Part shown: piece by piece, positions 25,734 through 37,119 of the stretch
Layout: each line of letters opens with the position of its first letter
Numbering within the stretch: the first letter of the stretch is position 1
Source of the DNA: Heptranchias perlo
Lineage: Eukaryota
DNA length: 64,000 bases
Direction: 5' to 3'
Assembly (NCBI RefSeq): GCF_035084215.1
Contig: NC_090335.1
Coordinates: 32,178,001 to 32,242,000 of the forward strand
Program-made: the position numbers and the translations under genes
The notes under the pieces: generated by a model
Seen by the model: the letters and a program-made list of their open reading frames with translations, nothing else
Databases searched by the model: none
Told to the model about the DNA's origin: nothing

Positions 25734-26760
25734 ATGGGGGGACTGATAGGGTTTCCTCTGGGAATTGAACATGACTGGGAGAATGAAGAGAGGCCACGCA
25801 GAGCAGGACAAGCTGCTAGAAGAGGGAGGAGGAGGAGGGCACTTAGCAGGAGGCCATATCCACGGAGGGTCTTCAGGGAGCAATTCTCTTACCTCAACTT
25901 CAGTGAGAACTAGTACATCAGACATGTTTGGTTCACAAAAGAGGTTGTGACTGAAATCTCACAACTGCAGCCTCACAGCAGGGCAAGGTGGCCGTCAAGG
26001 TGTCCGTGGCTTTTAATTTTTATGCCTCTGGCTCCTTTCAGGCTGCTGCTGGAGCAATAAGCAACATCTCGCAGTTTTCAGTGCACTGCTGTATAAGGGA
26101 GGTCACTGAGGCTCTCTATACAGTGAGAAACACGTACATCTCATTCCCTCTTGTCAGAGATAAGCAGGAGGTTTTGCATGGATTGCAGACTTCCCCAGGG
26201 TACAGGGTGCCACTGACTGTACACACATTGCCTTGCGTGCTGCACGTCTGAACTCAGACATATTCATCAACAGAAAGGGATTCCATTCCCTCAGTGTGCA
26301 GCTGGTGTGCAACCATAGGCAGCGCATCCCGCAGGTCAATGCCCGCTATCCTGGCAGCAATCATGATTCTTTCATTGTGCAGCAGTCCTCTGTTCCACCT
26401 ATATTTGAACCAGCACAGCAAGTCAAAGGCTGGCTACTGGGAGACAAGAGTTATCCTCTCATGACATGGCTCATGACTCTGGTCAGGAACCCAGGCACAC
26501 GTACATAGCAGGCCTACGATGAGAACCATGCTGCCACAAGGAAGGACCATCGGCATCCTCAAGCAATGCTTCCACTACCTGGACCACTCTGGAAGAGCCC
26601 TGCAGTACTCAGCTGAATGAGTATCGAGATTTGTGGTTGTATGCTGCACAACCTGGCCATTATGAGGGAATGACCTTTGCCACCACCTATCAGGTGAGAA
26701 GCTGAGGAGCAGGAGCATGAGGAGGAGGAGGAAGTGGAAGAGGGGCTACACCAGGGCTCT
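25734..26760 (+). pseudogene. Harbinger DDE transposase (HARBI1-like), disrupted
   Basis: NFYASGSFQ, DCTHI, NRKGFHSL, YPGSNHDS and WLLGDKSYPL motifs split over frames. Confidence 0.92.
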
Positions 26761-27009
26761 AAGTGTTTGATTATTCATGATACCAATAACCTTAACAACA
26801 CTTCCCCATTCACCAACAGTCCCACCACACTTCTTACCTTTCCTCTCTCACTGACCATCACATCTTCCACTTTCTGACAATACTTATTGGTTCCTCCCTC
26901 AGTTCACAGTGGAAATAAAAACCACCATAAATGCAAAATCAAATCCAAATTTACCAATTCAATCATTAAATAATACATACAAAATGAAAGTAATCATCCC
27001 CTTAGTGCC

Positions 27010-28403
27010 TATCTTCCGTGTGCCTTTACCTTTCCTAGTGCTCCTACAAGATGCTTCCCCAGTGGCTAGAGCATGGGTGGTGGAAGGCTGCTGACCTGCA
27101 ATTGAGGAGAGTGCAGATGCCTTGAAGAGCGACCTTGAGCAGCTCTGGGCCGGAAGAGCCCGGCTTCAGGCTGCACCATTTCAGCCTGGGCTGCAGAAGT
27201 CTGGGCCGGCTGAATGACAGGCAACAGCAAGGGCACTGGCAGAGTGGCAGCAGGAAAGCTGTCAGCCTGAGAGAGGACAGCAGGTTCCTGTTCCATGGGG
27301 CGGCACCTCAGCAATCCTAGGCACCTGTTGAAGAACAGATTGCTGGACTACTGTGACGCCCTGGAAGCTCCTTTCAACAGTAGTACCCAGTGGTACCAGA
27401 GCCACGATGGCAGCAATCTAAGCTTTCAAGGCAGCAGGCAGAACTTCGATGGAAGCTGTTTGTGCTGCAATGGAAGCTGTGAGATCGATCAAACGCCGCA
27501 TCATGGTGGGTTCAGCAGGTGTGCTGATGGAGGTGACCACCTGTTCCATGTTGGAAAGGATAGGCTCCAAGCTCTGTGCAAAGCCCTGTGCCAGGTTGGA
27601 AATTGACATTGTGTGCAGGCTTTCTGCTAGGTTTTCCAGTGCACCAAGCATTAGGTTGTGTACGTCCATCAGCGTTGTTCTGTAGCCTGGGCCATCGAAG
27701 TCATCATCTGACTCCTCTGCAGCAGATCTAGTGTGTGCCCTTGCCCTCCGGCGAGCTGGCACCTGTGGTATCCTTTCCTCCTGCTCTGGCTCCTGAGCAA
27801 TTGTGTCTGTGACTCACCACGTGCAGATCCTTCCTCTATCCTATTTCTTGCTGCTGCCTCCTGTTATGCGCCACCTTCTCCCTCAAGAAAGGAGGGATGT
27901 GTGTCGATGATTGTCCTGCAATATGTTTGGGTGATGTGGCTATCATGGTTGAATAGCTGCCAGTGCGTGTGAGCTGTGAGTTGTGGATGTGAGGCTTGCA
28001 ACAGTGCTAAGTGTGTGAGGGTGCAGTAAAGCATGTAAATTGAAGGGTTGAGTACTAATTGAGAGAGATTTTTGGTAGGTGGGTGATGGAGGTGTAGTGA
28101 ATTGAGTAGTGGATGAGGCTAATGGTGCAGTTGTTAGGATATGCCATTTGAAGATTGAACTCGCTCACCTTGACAACTCCTGTCAGATCATTAAACGTCT
28201 TCCTGCTTTGCATCCATGTCCTTGCAGCTATACTCCTGGCATTGACCTCTGCTGCCACTTCCTTCCACTGCCTCCTGAGCATATGTCTCGAGGGCCTTGG
28301 GCCCCCCTGCGGATACAGGATGTCTCTCCTTCTCTCCACCTCTTGCACCAAGGCCTCCATTATCAGAAAACCTTGGTGAACGCTCTCTCGCATGTTCAGC
28401 CAT
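27010..28403 (-). pseudogene. Harbinger Myb/SANT-like accessory gene, spliced and disrupted
   Basis: MAEHARERSPRFSD..ALVQEVERRRDILYP..QWKEVAAEVNA..TWMQSRKTFNDL followed by a gtgagc donor; downstream low-complexity/helical exon. Confidence 0.85.
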
Positions 28404-29027
28404 TCCTCAAAGTATCACAGCACAGATTCAGTTTTCAAGCGACTCCCACCACTTCTTGAGGTCACAATGCACCTCGCTGTTAAGAGGTGCAGGCTGCTTT
28501 TAAATGGCGCTAGCCACTTGCGATACCGGGCCCTCTGCTGATGCAGCCAATGAACTGCGTAGGTAGCGCTGGCTGTACGTAGCAATCATTTAGAACAGCA
28601 GGCAACACAAACTTAACGTGCTGCCTGGAGCGCAATGAACGGGCGTAGGTTAATCCCCATTTTCGGGGGTATCCAATTTAACCCCCTCTAACTCCAGCCA
28701 GTAGAAGTTACCAATAAGGTGAAATTATACCATCATATCGGTGGTTGTCATGTATGATATGTTGGGTTTAGATTCTATCAGGCTTTTTACACCAAAAACA
28801 ATCTACTGTCTAAATTGCTTTTAAATTGGGTTAAAAAAAAAATCAACATTTTAATTAAATTGTGTAATCTGTCTTCATACCCCCTAAAATATAATACAGA
28901 ATTGTTATTTCAATCTCGTGAAGAAGCCTGTTGATAAGTATACGGACTGCCATTTACACTTAGAGGCAACTGAACATTAAAAGTTCCAATTCTAAAAATC
29001 ACAAATGAATTAAGGCAATTATGTGTA

Positions 29028-29490
29028 CTGAAGATGGCTGCAAATGCTTTAGCCTTGTCTTTTGCACGTGAGTGCAAAAGGCAAGACTGAAGTGTTTGCA
29101 ATCATCTTTAGCCAGAAGTGCCAAGTGGATGATCCTTCTCGGCTTCCTCTGGAGGTCCCCATCATCACAGATGTCAGTCTTCAGCCAATTCGATTCACTC
29201 CACATGACAAAGAATTGGCTGAGGGCACTGGACACAGCAAAGGCTATTGGCGCCGACAACATCCCAGCTGTCGGACTGAAGGCCTGTGCTCCAGAATTAG
29301 CCGCACCCCTAGCCAAACTGTTCAAGTACAGCCACAACACCTGACAATGTGGAAAATTGCCCAGGTATGTCCTGTCCACAAAAGACAGTTCAAATCCACT
29401 TGGCCAATTACTGCCCTATCAGCCTCCTCCCAGTCATCAGCAAAGTGATGCAAGGAGTCGGCAACAGTGTCACCAAACAGCACTTCCAAT
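29028..29490 (+). mobile_element. Family B LINE internal fragment with fold-back 5' end
   Basis: LDTAKAIGADNIPAVGLKACAPELAAPLAKLF is homologous to 48534-49145; 40-bp inverted arms. Confidence 0.88.
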
Positions 29491-29584
29491 AACCGAGCAG
29501 TTTGGTTTCTGCTAGGACAGTTGCTGCAAAGAAATTTAAACTTGCAACCAAAATGCACCCCAACAGAATAAAGCACTGGCTTAC

Positions 29585-29669
29585 CTCACGGGTTTGAAAG
29601 GCAACAGCTTCTAGTGCAGCAAATGCAATATGATTTCTATTTGTATACTGGGTAAGGCCACAGATTATT
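29585..29669 (-). CDS. GK: Glycerol kinase exon: [28 protein letters not shown]
   Basis: ctctgcag acceptor, GAG|gtaagc donor, 85 nt. Confidence 0.97.
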
Positions 29670-30951
29670 CTGCAGAGCAAATAGGTGTAAAAACAAAATT
29701 TTATTAAGTTAAGTGAAGTAAATTTGCACAGATATGATTTACATAGTGCAAAAGATTTCAATATCCTATGTTTTAGAAGAAACAATTGTTCAATAGCTTT
29801 TATTTGGCAACAGATAACATTAGTTATAATGAAGCCTATTTACCACATTACTTCAGATTATAATCAACACATTTTGAAATGTGAACAATTTCTATACACA
29901 GAGTCACTTGCATGCAGCCACTACAAAACTGCAGTTTGGATCTAACAATCTATTCTAGCAACAGAAACAACTGCTTGTATTTCTATAGCGCATTTCATGA
30001 GCAAAAAGACAGCTGAAATAGTGGACTCCGAGCAGGAGGGGAAAAAGGAAAACGGAGACATAAGACCAGACTAGATAACGAAGACATATTGGGGATTAAT
30101 CCACCAACGATTAATGTGAGAGATTTAAATTTTAATATTCCTGCACTTGGACAACATTTAACAAGATTTTTGACAAGGTCATGTAACCTTTGCTAGACAC
30201 TGTTGCTTTAGTATTACTATATATCTGAAGTGTTGGGAATTTGCCTATTCAAAAAAGCCACACAAATATAAGGGAGCACTGTTCACACTATAAAATATAA
30301 TCAATATATATTTTTCTGTTTGGGAGGTGAAAAAAATGCATGGGGGCAACAAACTTTTTACATGCTTCAGAAACACCTTTTAATAAGCAAGTCATTATCT
30401 GCTCATTTTGAAGTGAGTGAAAAATATTTCACACTATTCAACTCAGTGAAACAAGAGGTTAGTTACAGGTTATAGTTAACAGTTCATTATAAAGAGCCAC
30501 ATTCCAACTTGGACCACAGCATATAATTGCCACTCCAGGAAGTAAAAAAAAAATACTGTGCTTGTATTGAGTTTTTAATGATAAAGTGCTATTCAGATTT
30601 AATCTGTGAACGAACATAACACGTAAATCTGATTTAAAAATATAGTTTTAGCCTTAAAAAAAAATAGTGCGAGTACTTACAAAGGATGCAGAAAGAACAA
30701 TGCAAAATGATGTGGCAGTGTCGGGTCAGCAAATACTCCATATATCCTTTTATCAGACAAACACAACTGCTGAGTGCAATCATACGATGGCAGAATAGAT
30801 TCTATGGTTATTGTTCACAGAAACAGACAGTGGTTTCTAGAGATCATGCCTTTGTATTTACAATAATGATAAATACTGCTGCTGTAGTACACTGAAGCCA
30901 ATAATAACCGGTTAAGTTTTGTTGACGAGAGTATAAAAAGTAAAGCTCTTA

Positions 30952-31086
<135 letters not shown>

Positions 31087-31671
31087 TCACATTTACCAAA
31101 ATCGAAAAAAATACAAAACCCTAATCAAAAAGAGCTTGAAGCATTACTGCCTATTGGAAGCTAATAGGAAGGTAGAGCTTGGTGATCCCTCAGGTTCCGA
31201 GCAGTTTAAGAATTTTATTTATTGTATTGCTGGCCACATGAAAAGTACCTCCCCCTCCCCAAAAAGTACTATTAACAAACATCAAGCTGAGGCAAGCAAT
31301 TTGTGCACTATGAATATGACAATCACACATTTTCCTCTGTAGCAGCACAGATTTGACTTGTCCAGTGTGGTGCGATTTTCTGGAGGTTAAACATAACATA
31401 GAACAATATAAATTTACAGCACAGGAGGTGGCCATTCAACTCTTTGGGCTCAATTTTCAATGGGCACGCGGCAAACCCGGATAATAACTTACCTTTCCCC
31501 ACGCGATCGAGAGTTGATTGGTGGCCCTTAACGTGGCTTCTGGGTTTGCCATCCGAAAGCTGAGCAGTGGGCGGACTGCGCACCCACATTACAGGCTGTC
31601 AGCTGGAGCATCTGTATTAAAAGGGCCATTGCTCCAATGGCTTTTGCTAGAGCAAAGACCAAAAAGACACA

Positions 31672-33554
31672 ATGGAGCAGCACAAGGCCAAGGTTGCTCC
31701 AAGACTTAATGATGCCTCACTCCAGGTGCTACTGGCTGGGGTGAGGAGGAGGGGGGAACTGTTTTACCCGGCCAACAGGAGGAAGTGCCCTGCTTCTGCC
31801 ACCAAGACGGCCTGGCTCAAGGTGGCAGTGGAGGTCACGAGCAGGAATAACATATCCCACACCTGGATCCAGTGCAGGAAGCGATTCAATGACCTTACTA
31901 GGTCAGCAAAAGTGAGTACACTTACTGATTCTCCTACATTCCATGGTGCACATCAACAACCCCCCCACGCCCCCACCGCCAATTCATTCTACACTGCCAA
32001 GACTACTCCATCACATATTTCCTCACACCCACTTAAGACTCATCCTCAACTTACCTGCACTTCCTCACCCCACCACTACCACTCACCCCAATCCTCATCC
32101 AATGTCATGGCTGTTTCATACTCACCCTCTGATGCATCTCTTTCACCATCAGCCTCACCCAAAGCAATGCATTCATGGGCTGACCACTTCACCATCACTC
32201 ACGCGTCTGTACTTTCTCCCCTTCTAGGAGAAGGGAGCGCAAAATGCACGCAAAAGGGTGAGGACTGGAGGGGGGCCACAACAAGTAGTGATCCTCACAG
32301 ACATGGAGGAGGAGGCATTGGAGATTAGTCGCACTCTCGAGTGCCTGTCCGGCCGGGATGCTGAGACAGGCACCCACAAATGTCTGGTGACACAACTTTA
32401 ACATTCATCACACACAACATGAATTGATGTTAACAATGCTTGGCATGTTGAACACCTTAGTATGCTCATCGCAACAGGACACATCTGTGATGATGCTTAA
32501 TATTGCCTTCTGTTCTCTTACAGGCCGATCAATGACGGCAGTGGCGGGAGAGGGCGATTCCTCAGAGGAGGTCCCGGCCTCTGAGGACGCACCATCACAT
32601 CTTAGCGAATCATCCACCAGCGCAGTCAGTTAGTTGGGTTGGCACCTGGTGAATCACCACACACAAGTGAGCACGAGCAGACACTGGTGGCAGGGGCAGC
32701 TGAGGAGAATCCGTGTTGGTGGGCGCACTCCTCTCCAGGCTCTGCTCAGCTGGATGCAGATGCTGAACCCCGGGAGCCATCCTTTAAAAGGAGAATGATC
32801 GAGGGACAGCAGCACATTTGTGAGATACTGGAATAGGTGCCACGCACACTCTCCAAAATAGCGCAGAGGATGGAGGGGTCCAACTCCTGCACGAATGGAA
32901 TTGTGGCACAGGTATGTGAGGGAATCTCAGATAGTGGCACAGGGATGTGAGCAACTGTCTGAGATAGTGTCGCAGGTAGCTGCGGAAATGTCTGAGATAG
33001 TGTCACAGGTAAGTGCAGGAATGTCTGTGATGGAGAGGCTAGCCTCTGTTGAGCTTCAAGCACGGTTCACAAATGAGCCCATTCAGGTCCTGACAATGGC
33101 CGTTCGGACTCAGGGTGAACAACATTCTGCCGCCTTAAACAGGCTGACAGATGCTTTGGAAGTGGCCTTCCAAGGCATCACACATGTCCTCCAAACTGTT
33201 GTCCAGCAGGGTGGTAGGAGTGATGTGGGCCTGGCCCAGGAGAGGGATGATGGCAAAAGGGTACATGGAAGAGGGGACACCACTCAAAGCGCTCCCACAT
33301 CTCACCCGTTGCCCTGCTGTGAACCAGTACCCACAATGCTGCCTCCTCTCCAGGTGGCCAAGTCTGCCCCTGCACAGTTGCAGGTGGAGCAGTCTTTGGA
33401 GGGGCCCTCATGGGCTCCGAAAGCCAGTGGGCGTAGGCCCAAAGCATTTAAGCAGGCAGGACATGAACATGAGCAACCTGCCACTACCTCTGCTGCAGCC
33501 ACAGGGGATGTACCACGTAGAAGTAGTAGGAAGAGAACGGCTAAGGATTTGTGA
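31672..33554 (+). pseudogene. Harbinger H2 Myb/SANT-like gene, three exons
   Basis: Exon 1 31672-31911 (AWLKVAVEV..WIQCRKRFNDL, then gtgagt); exon 2 from 32228 after ccccttctag; exon 3 from about 32524 after ctcttacag; ends in basic RRSSRKRTAKDL. Stops and frameshifts present. Confidence 0.88.
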
Positions 33555-33874
33555 TCATGAAGGGTATGCACAAGGGTGTGACAGACTGTCATGTTTTTCA
33601 TTTATATTTGGTTTTTGTTAAAGTCACATTAAATGTTATCATTCTCACCTCTATTGCCATGTCGTGGCCATTCTTGACTGGCTTTTGTGATAGCGCCCTT
33701 TAATGTGCTTCATCATGAACGGTGACACTTGATGCCACCCAGTGGGTCACTTTACAGTGGGTGTATGTGTAGTTGCAGCACTGTATTATACAGGGATTGG
33801 GTGGGGGGTGCTGGTGTTGGCGCTGCTCTTTCCAGGTGGTTTGAGGACTGGACTCTTCTCACTTTCTGATCTTA

Positions 33875-35073
33875 CTAGAACCGTTCACGTATGAGTGACT
33901 CCCTGGCCTCACGAGCAGCCAGGTGAGCCGCTGCTCTGCCCATGGGTTCGTCCTCCTCCTCCTCCTGCTCCTCCTCACTGTGAATGGCAGATATGAATGG
34001 TGGATGAGGGCATGGGGCTTCCTCAACTGGTACCCCTCTCTGTTGCGCCATGTTGTGCAGGACACAACACACTACTATAATGCGACCCACTCTCGCTGGT
34101 GCGTATTGAAGCACTCCCCCTGAACAATCGAGGCACTGAAATCGCACCTTGAGCTGCCCTATCGCATGTTCAATTATAGACCTGGTGGTGATGTGGCTGT
34201 CGTTGTATTGATGCTGTTGCTCGCTGATGGGGTTCCTCAGAGGTGTCATGCGCCATGTGTGCAGGGGGTATCCCTTGTCCCCGAGGAGCCAGCCCTTAGA
34301 GGTGTTTGGTGCGTGGAAGAGGCCTGGGATGTTGGATTCCCTTAGAATCGTGGCAGCTGCCAGAGAATCTGGCGCACACGTGAAGGAATCTTTTGTGGTG
34401 GTCACAAACGAGTTGAGCGTTGATGGAGTGATACCCCTTTCTGTTGATGAACAGTCCTGGCTCGTGTGGAGGCGCTCGTATTGCTATATGGGTGCAATTG
34501 ATCGCACCCTGAACCCATATAGCAATACGAGCGCCTCCACACGTGGGAAGCCAGCCACAGAGCGGAATCCCACTGCCTTCTCTGTCTGGCTGAGGTCGGC
34601 CATGGAGAAGTTGACGTATTGTGAGGCTCTGCGAAACAAGCCATCGGCGACCTGCCTTATGCACTTGTGTGCAGATGACTGAGAGACCCCGGCGATGTCA
34701 CCGGTGTCACCCTGGAATGAACTGGAGGTGAAGAAGTTGAGGCTAGTGGTGACTTTAACTGCGACGGGTAATGAGATGCCGCAAGGCCTAGCCAGGTGCA
34801 GCTTGGCATGAAGGAGGCTGCAGATGTCGGTGACCACCTGGCGACTCACTCAGCCTCCGAGAGGTCCAGGAAGCTGAGCCTCGGTCTGTAGACCCTCTGG
34901 CGAGGGTAGTGACTCCTGCGACGTCGCTCCCTCTGTGCTCTTGTGCAGGTCCCAGTGGTACAGCGCTGTGTTATGGAGCTCCAAGTGGCGGAAGTGCACA
35001 CCATGCCTGGGCGAGGATGGTGATGTTCCTTGTCCTCGGATGTACTGGGGAATGCAGGAATCGTGCCCCCCAT
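33875..35073 (-). pseudogene. Harbinger H2 DDE transposase, disrupted
   Basis: [59 protein letters not shown], acidic tail. Confidence 0.93.
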
Positions 35074-35584
35074 CCTGATGGTGTAAGTTTGAGGAGGTCC
35101 GGAATGTTGGTAAATATGTGTAAATAGAACAATACTGAGTGGAAACCAAGAATTCTCAGTCTAAAGACCAAGATCTCCCAGCCAAAAGTTTGTCTGAGAG
35201 AACTGAGTGCCCTGCTGCAATAACACCTTTTATCAACATCTGTCAAACAGGCATTAAAATGTCCAAATGGCTACTGGCTGAATGGTGTGTTTCACACAGC
35301 ACGGGAAACATGCTGAGGCAGAATGAAAATCTTTCCCCTGCCTCAATCACCTAAAAATTAACCTCTTTAACAACTTTAACTATCTTAATGACTGCTTTAA
35401 ATATCAGCCCGCCAGCTTTAATTGCCGGTGGGACTTCCGGATTCCTGAAGCACGTGAGCACACAGATGCGTCTGTGAGAAACACGGAAGTTGGCGGGTTG
35501 GAGCCAGTTTCCTTTTCTGCTCCAGATTTTCCCGATTTTCGTTGCCCTCCCCCACCCCCGGACTTCAATTTGAAAATTGAAGTG

Positions 35585-36260
35585 TCCGTGCCGCACTTTG
35601 CTAGAATAATCCAAAATTAATCCCATTCCCTGTTTTCTCCCCATAGCCCTATCACCTCCTCTGCTTCAAACATTATCCAATATTCCCTTAAAAGATGCAA
35701 GGTTCCCTGCCTGAATCATTCCCTGTGGCATAACATTCCATTCTCCAACAATCCTCTGTGCAAAAAACCTCTCTCCTCACTCCCTTAGTGACACTTCTAA
35801 ATTAATGACCCTTCTATACTGACTGCCCATCAGAGAAAAGTCTTTTCCCATTTACTCTTACCAAAACCCTTCATAATTTTGTAAATCTCAATCTTCTTCG
35901 CTTCAATGGAACTAGTTCCAGTATGTCAAGTTTTTAAAAAAAAATTCGTTCATGGGATGTGGGCGTCGCTGGCAAGGCCAGCATTTATTGCCCATCCCTA
36001 ATTGCCTTTGAGAAGGTGGTGGTGAGCTGCCTTCTTGAACCGCTGTAGTCCATCTGCTGAAGTCTCTCCTGATAACTATAGTTTCCCATCCTGGCATATC
36101 TAAAGCCATAGAGAGCATAATATAATTTATGATGGGGTACCCAAAACTACACACAGAATCATAACTGTGGTCTAACCAATGTTTTGTACAAATTTGTCAT
36201 TACTCTTGAACTCTATGCCCCTATTTATAAAACCGCAAATGCTGCTGACCTTTTTGTAGA
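35585..36260 (-). mobile_element. Old CR1 3' fragment containing a short family B LINE tail (about 35935-36050)
   Basis: CR1 3' motifs; the insert ttcatgggatgtgggcgtcgctggc matches the family B 3' end. Confidence 0.75.
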
Positions 36261-36411
36261 AAGGTTTATGGTTTATCAAATAAATAATAAAATCATGCAT
36301 ATTTTTAAGTGGTAACTTACATCCAAATATTTATATGTGTGTGTATATATACACACAATGTTTTAAGGGAAGAAATTGGTACTGCTGTTTCTGTTTGTGT
36401 TCTTAATTGGC

Positions 36412-36812
36412 ATCAGCCTTAGCTCAGTGGTAGCATTCTCACCTCAGTCAGAAGACTGTGGGTTCAAGCCCCACTTTACTTGAGTGTAAAATCTATGCTG
36501 AGGGAGTACAACACTGCCAAAGGTGAAATCTTTCAAAGGGGACGTGAAACTGAGACCCTGTCTGCTCTCTCAGGATGGCATAAAAGATCCCATGGCACTA
36601 TTTGAAAAAGAGCAGGGAGTTCTTCCTTTATCCTGGCTAACACTTATCCTTCAACCAACACCACTAAACACAGATTAGCTGGTCAGTTATCTGATGACCT
36701 GTTAAATTGGCTACATCACAACAGTGATTTCGAAGGACTTCAGTGACTGTGAAGTGCTTTGGGACGTCCTGAGGTTGTGAAAGGTGCTATATAAATGCAA
36801 GTTCTTTCTTCA
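36412..36812 (+). mobile_element. tRNA-derived DeuSINE (SacSINE1-like)
   Basis: A box tagctcagtgg, B box ggttcaagccc, Deu-like core taaaagatcccatggcactatttgaa, L2-like tail gctatataaatgcaagttctttctt. Confidence 0.82.
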
Positions 36813-37119
36813 TTGTTATATTTTCAAATATTTTACTGTTTCTGCAGACTCTTCAGCTCAATTGGTTAACACATTTTATGCTATGATTGTGTGTTTGGAA
36901 TCAGTGTGATATCTACCACTTTTCCATGGAGCTAGTTTTGACCGTCATGAGGTGTACCACACAGGTCCTCCAATTTCTTCACAGCATAAGTCACAACTCA
37001 GCTATCAGCAGGGAAACCAAATTATCAAGAGCATTTGTCACATCCCTGCACATCAATACAAGATAGGTCCTTTACTTTCTTTTTTATTTGAAAAGTTTAA
37101 AAATGAAAAACACTAAAAT

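Larger units (their letters stand above)
25230..28686 (+). mobile_element. PIF/Harbinger transposon with both ends (family H1): plus-strand DDE transposase and convergent Myb/SANT gene
   Basis: 14-bp TIRs GGGGGTTAAATTGG at 25230-25243 and CCAATTTAACCCCC at 28673-28686. Confidence 0.93.
31446..35584 (-). mobile_element. PIF/Harbinger transposon with both ends (family H2) inserted into a CR1 3' tail
   Basis: Ends share tcaattttcaa / ttgaaaattga. The flanks ggccattcaactcttt and gtccgtgccgcactttgctag join into one minus-strand CR1 tail (about 31390-36260). Confidence 0.9.

Noticed and set aside
25734-26760. Possible domesticated HARBI1 gene (also 33875-35073)
   Set aside because: Stops, frameshifts and enclosing TIRs show these are transposon copies.
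36415-36480. tRNA-like A and B boxes
   Set aside because: This is the head of a DeuSINE; no complete cloverleaf.
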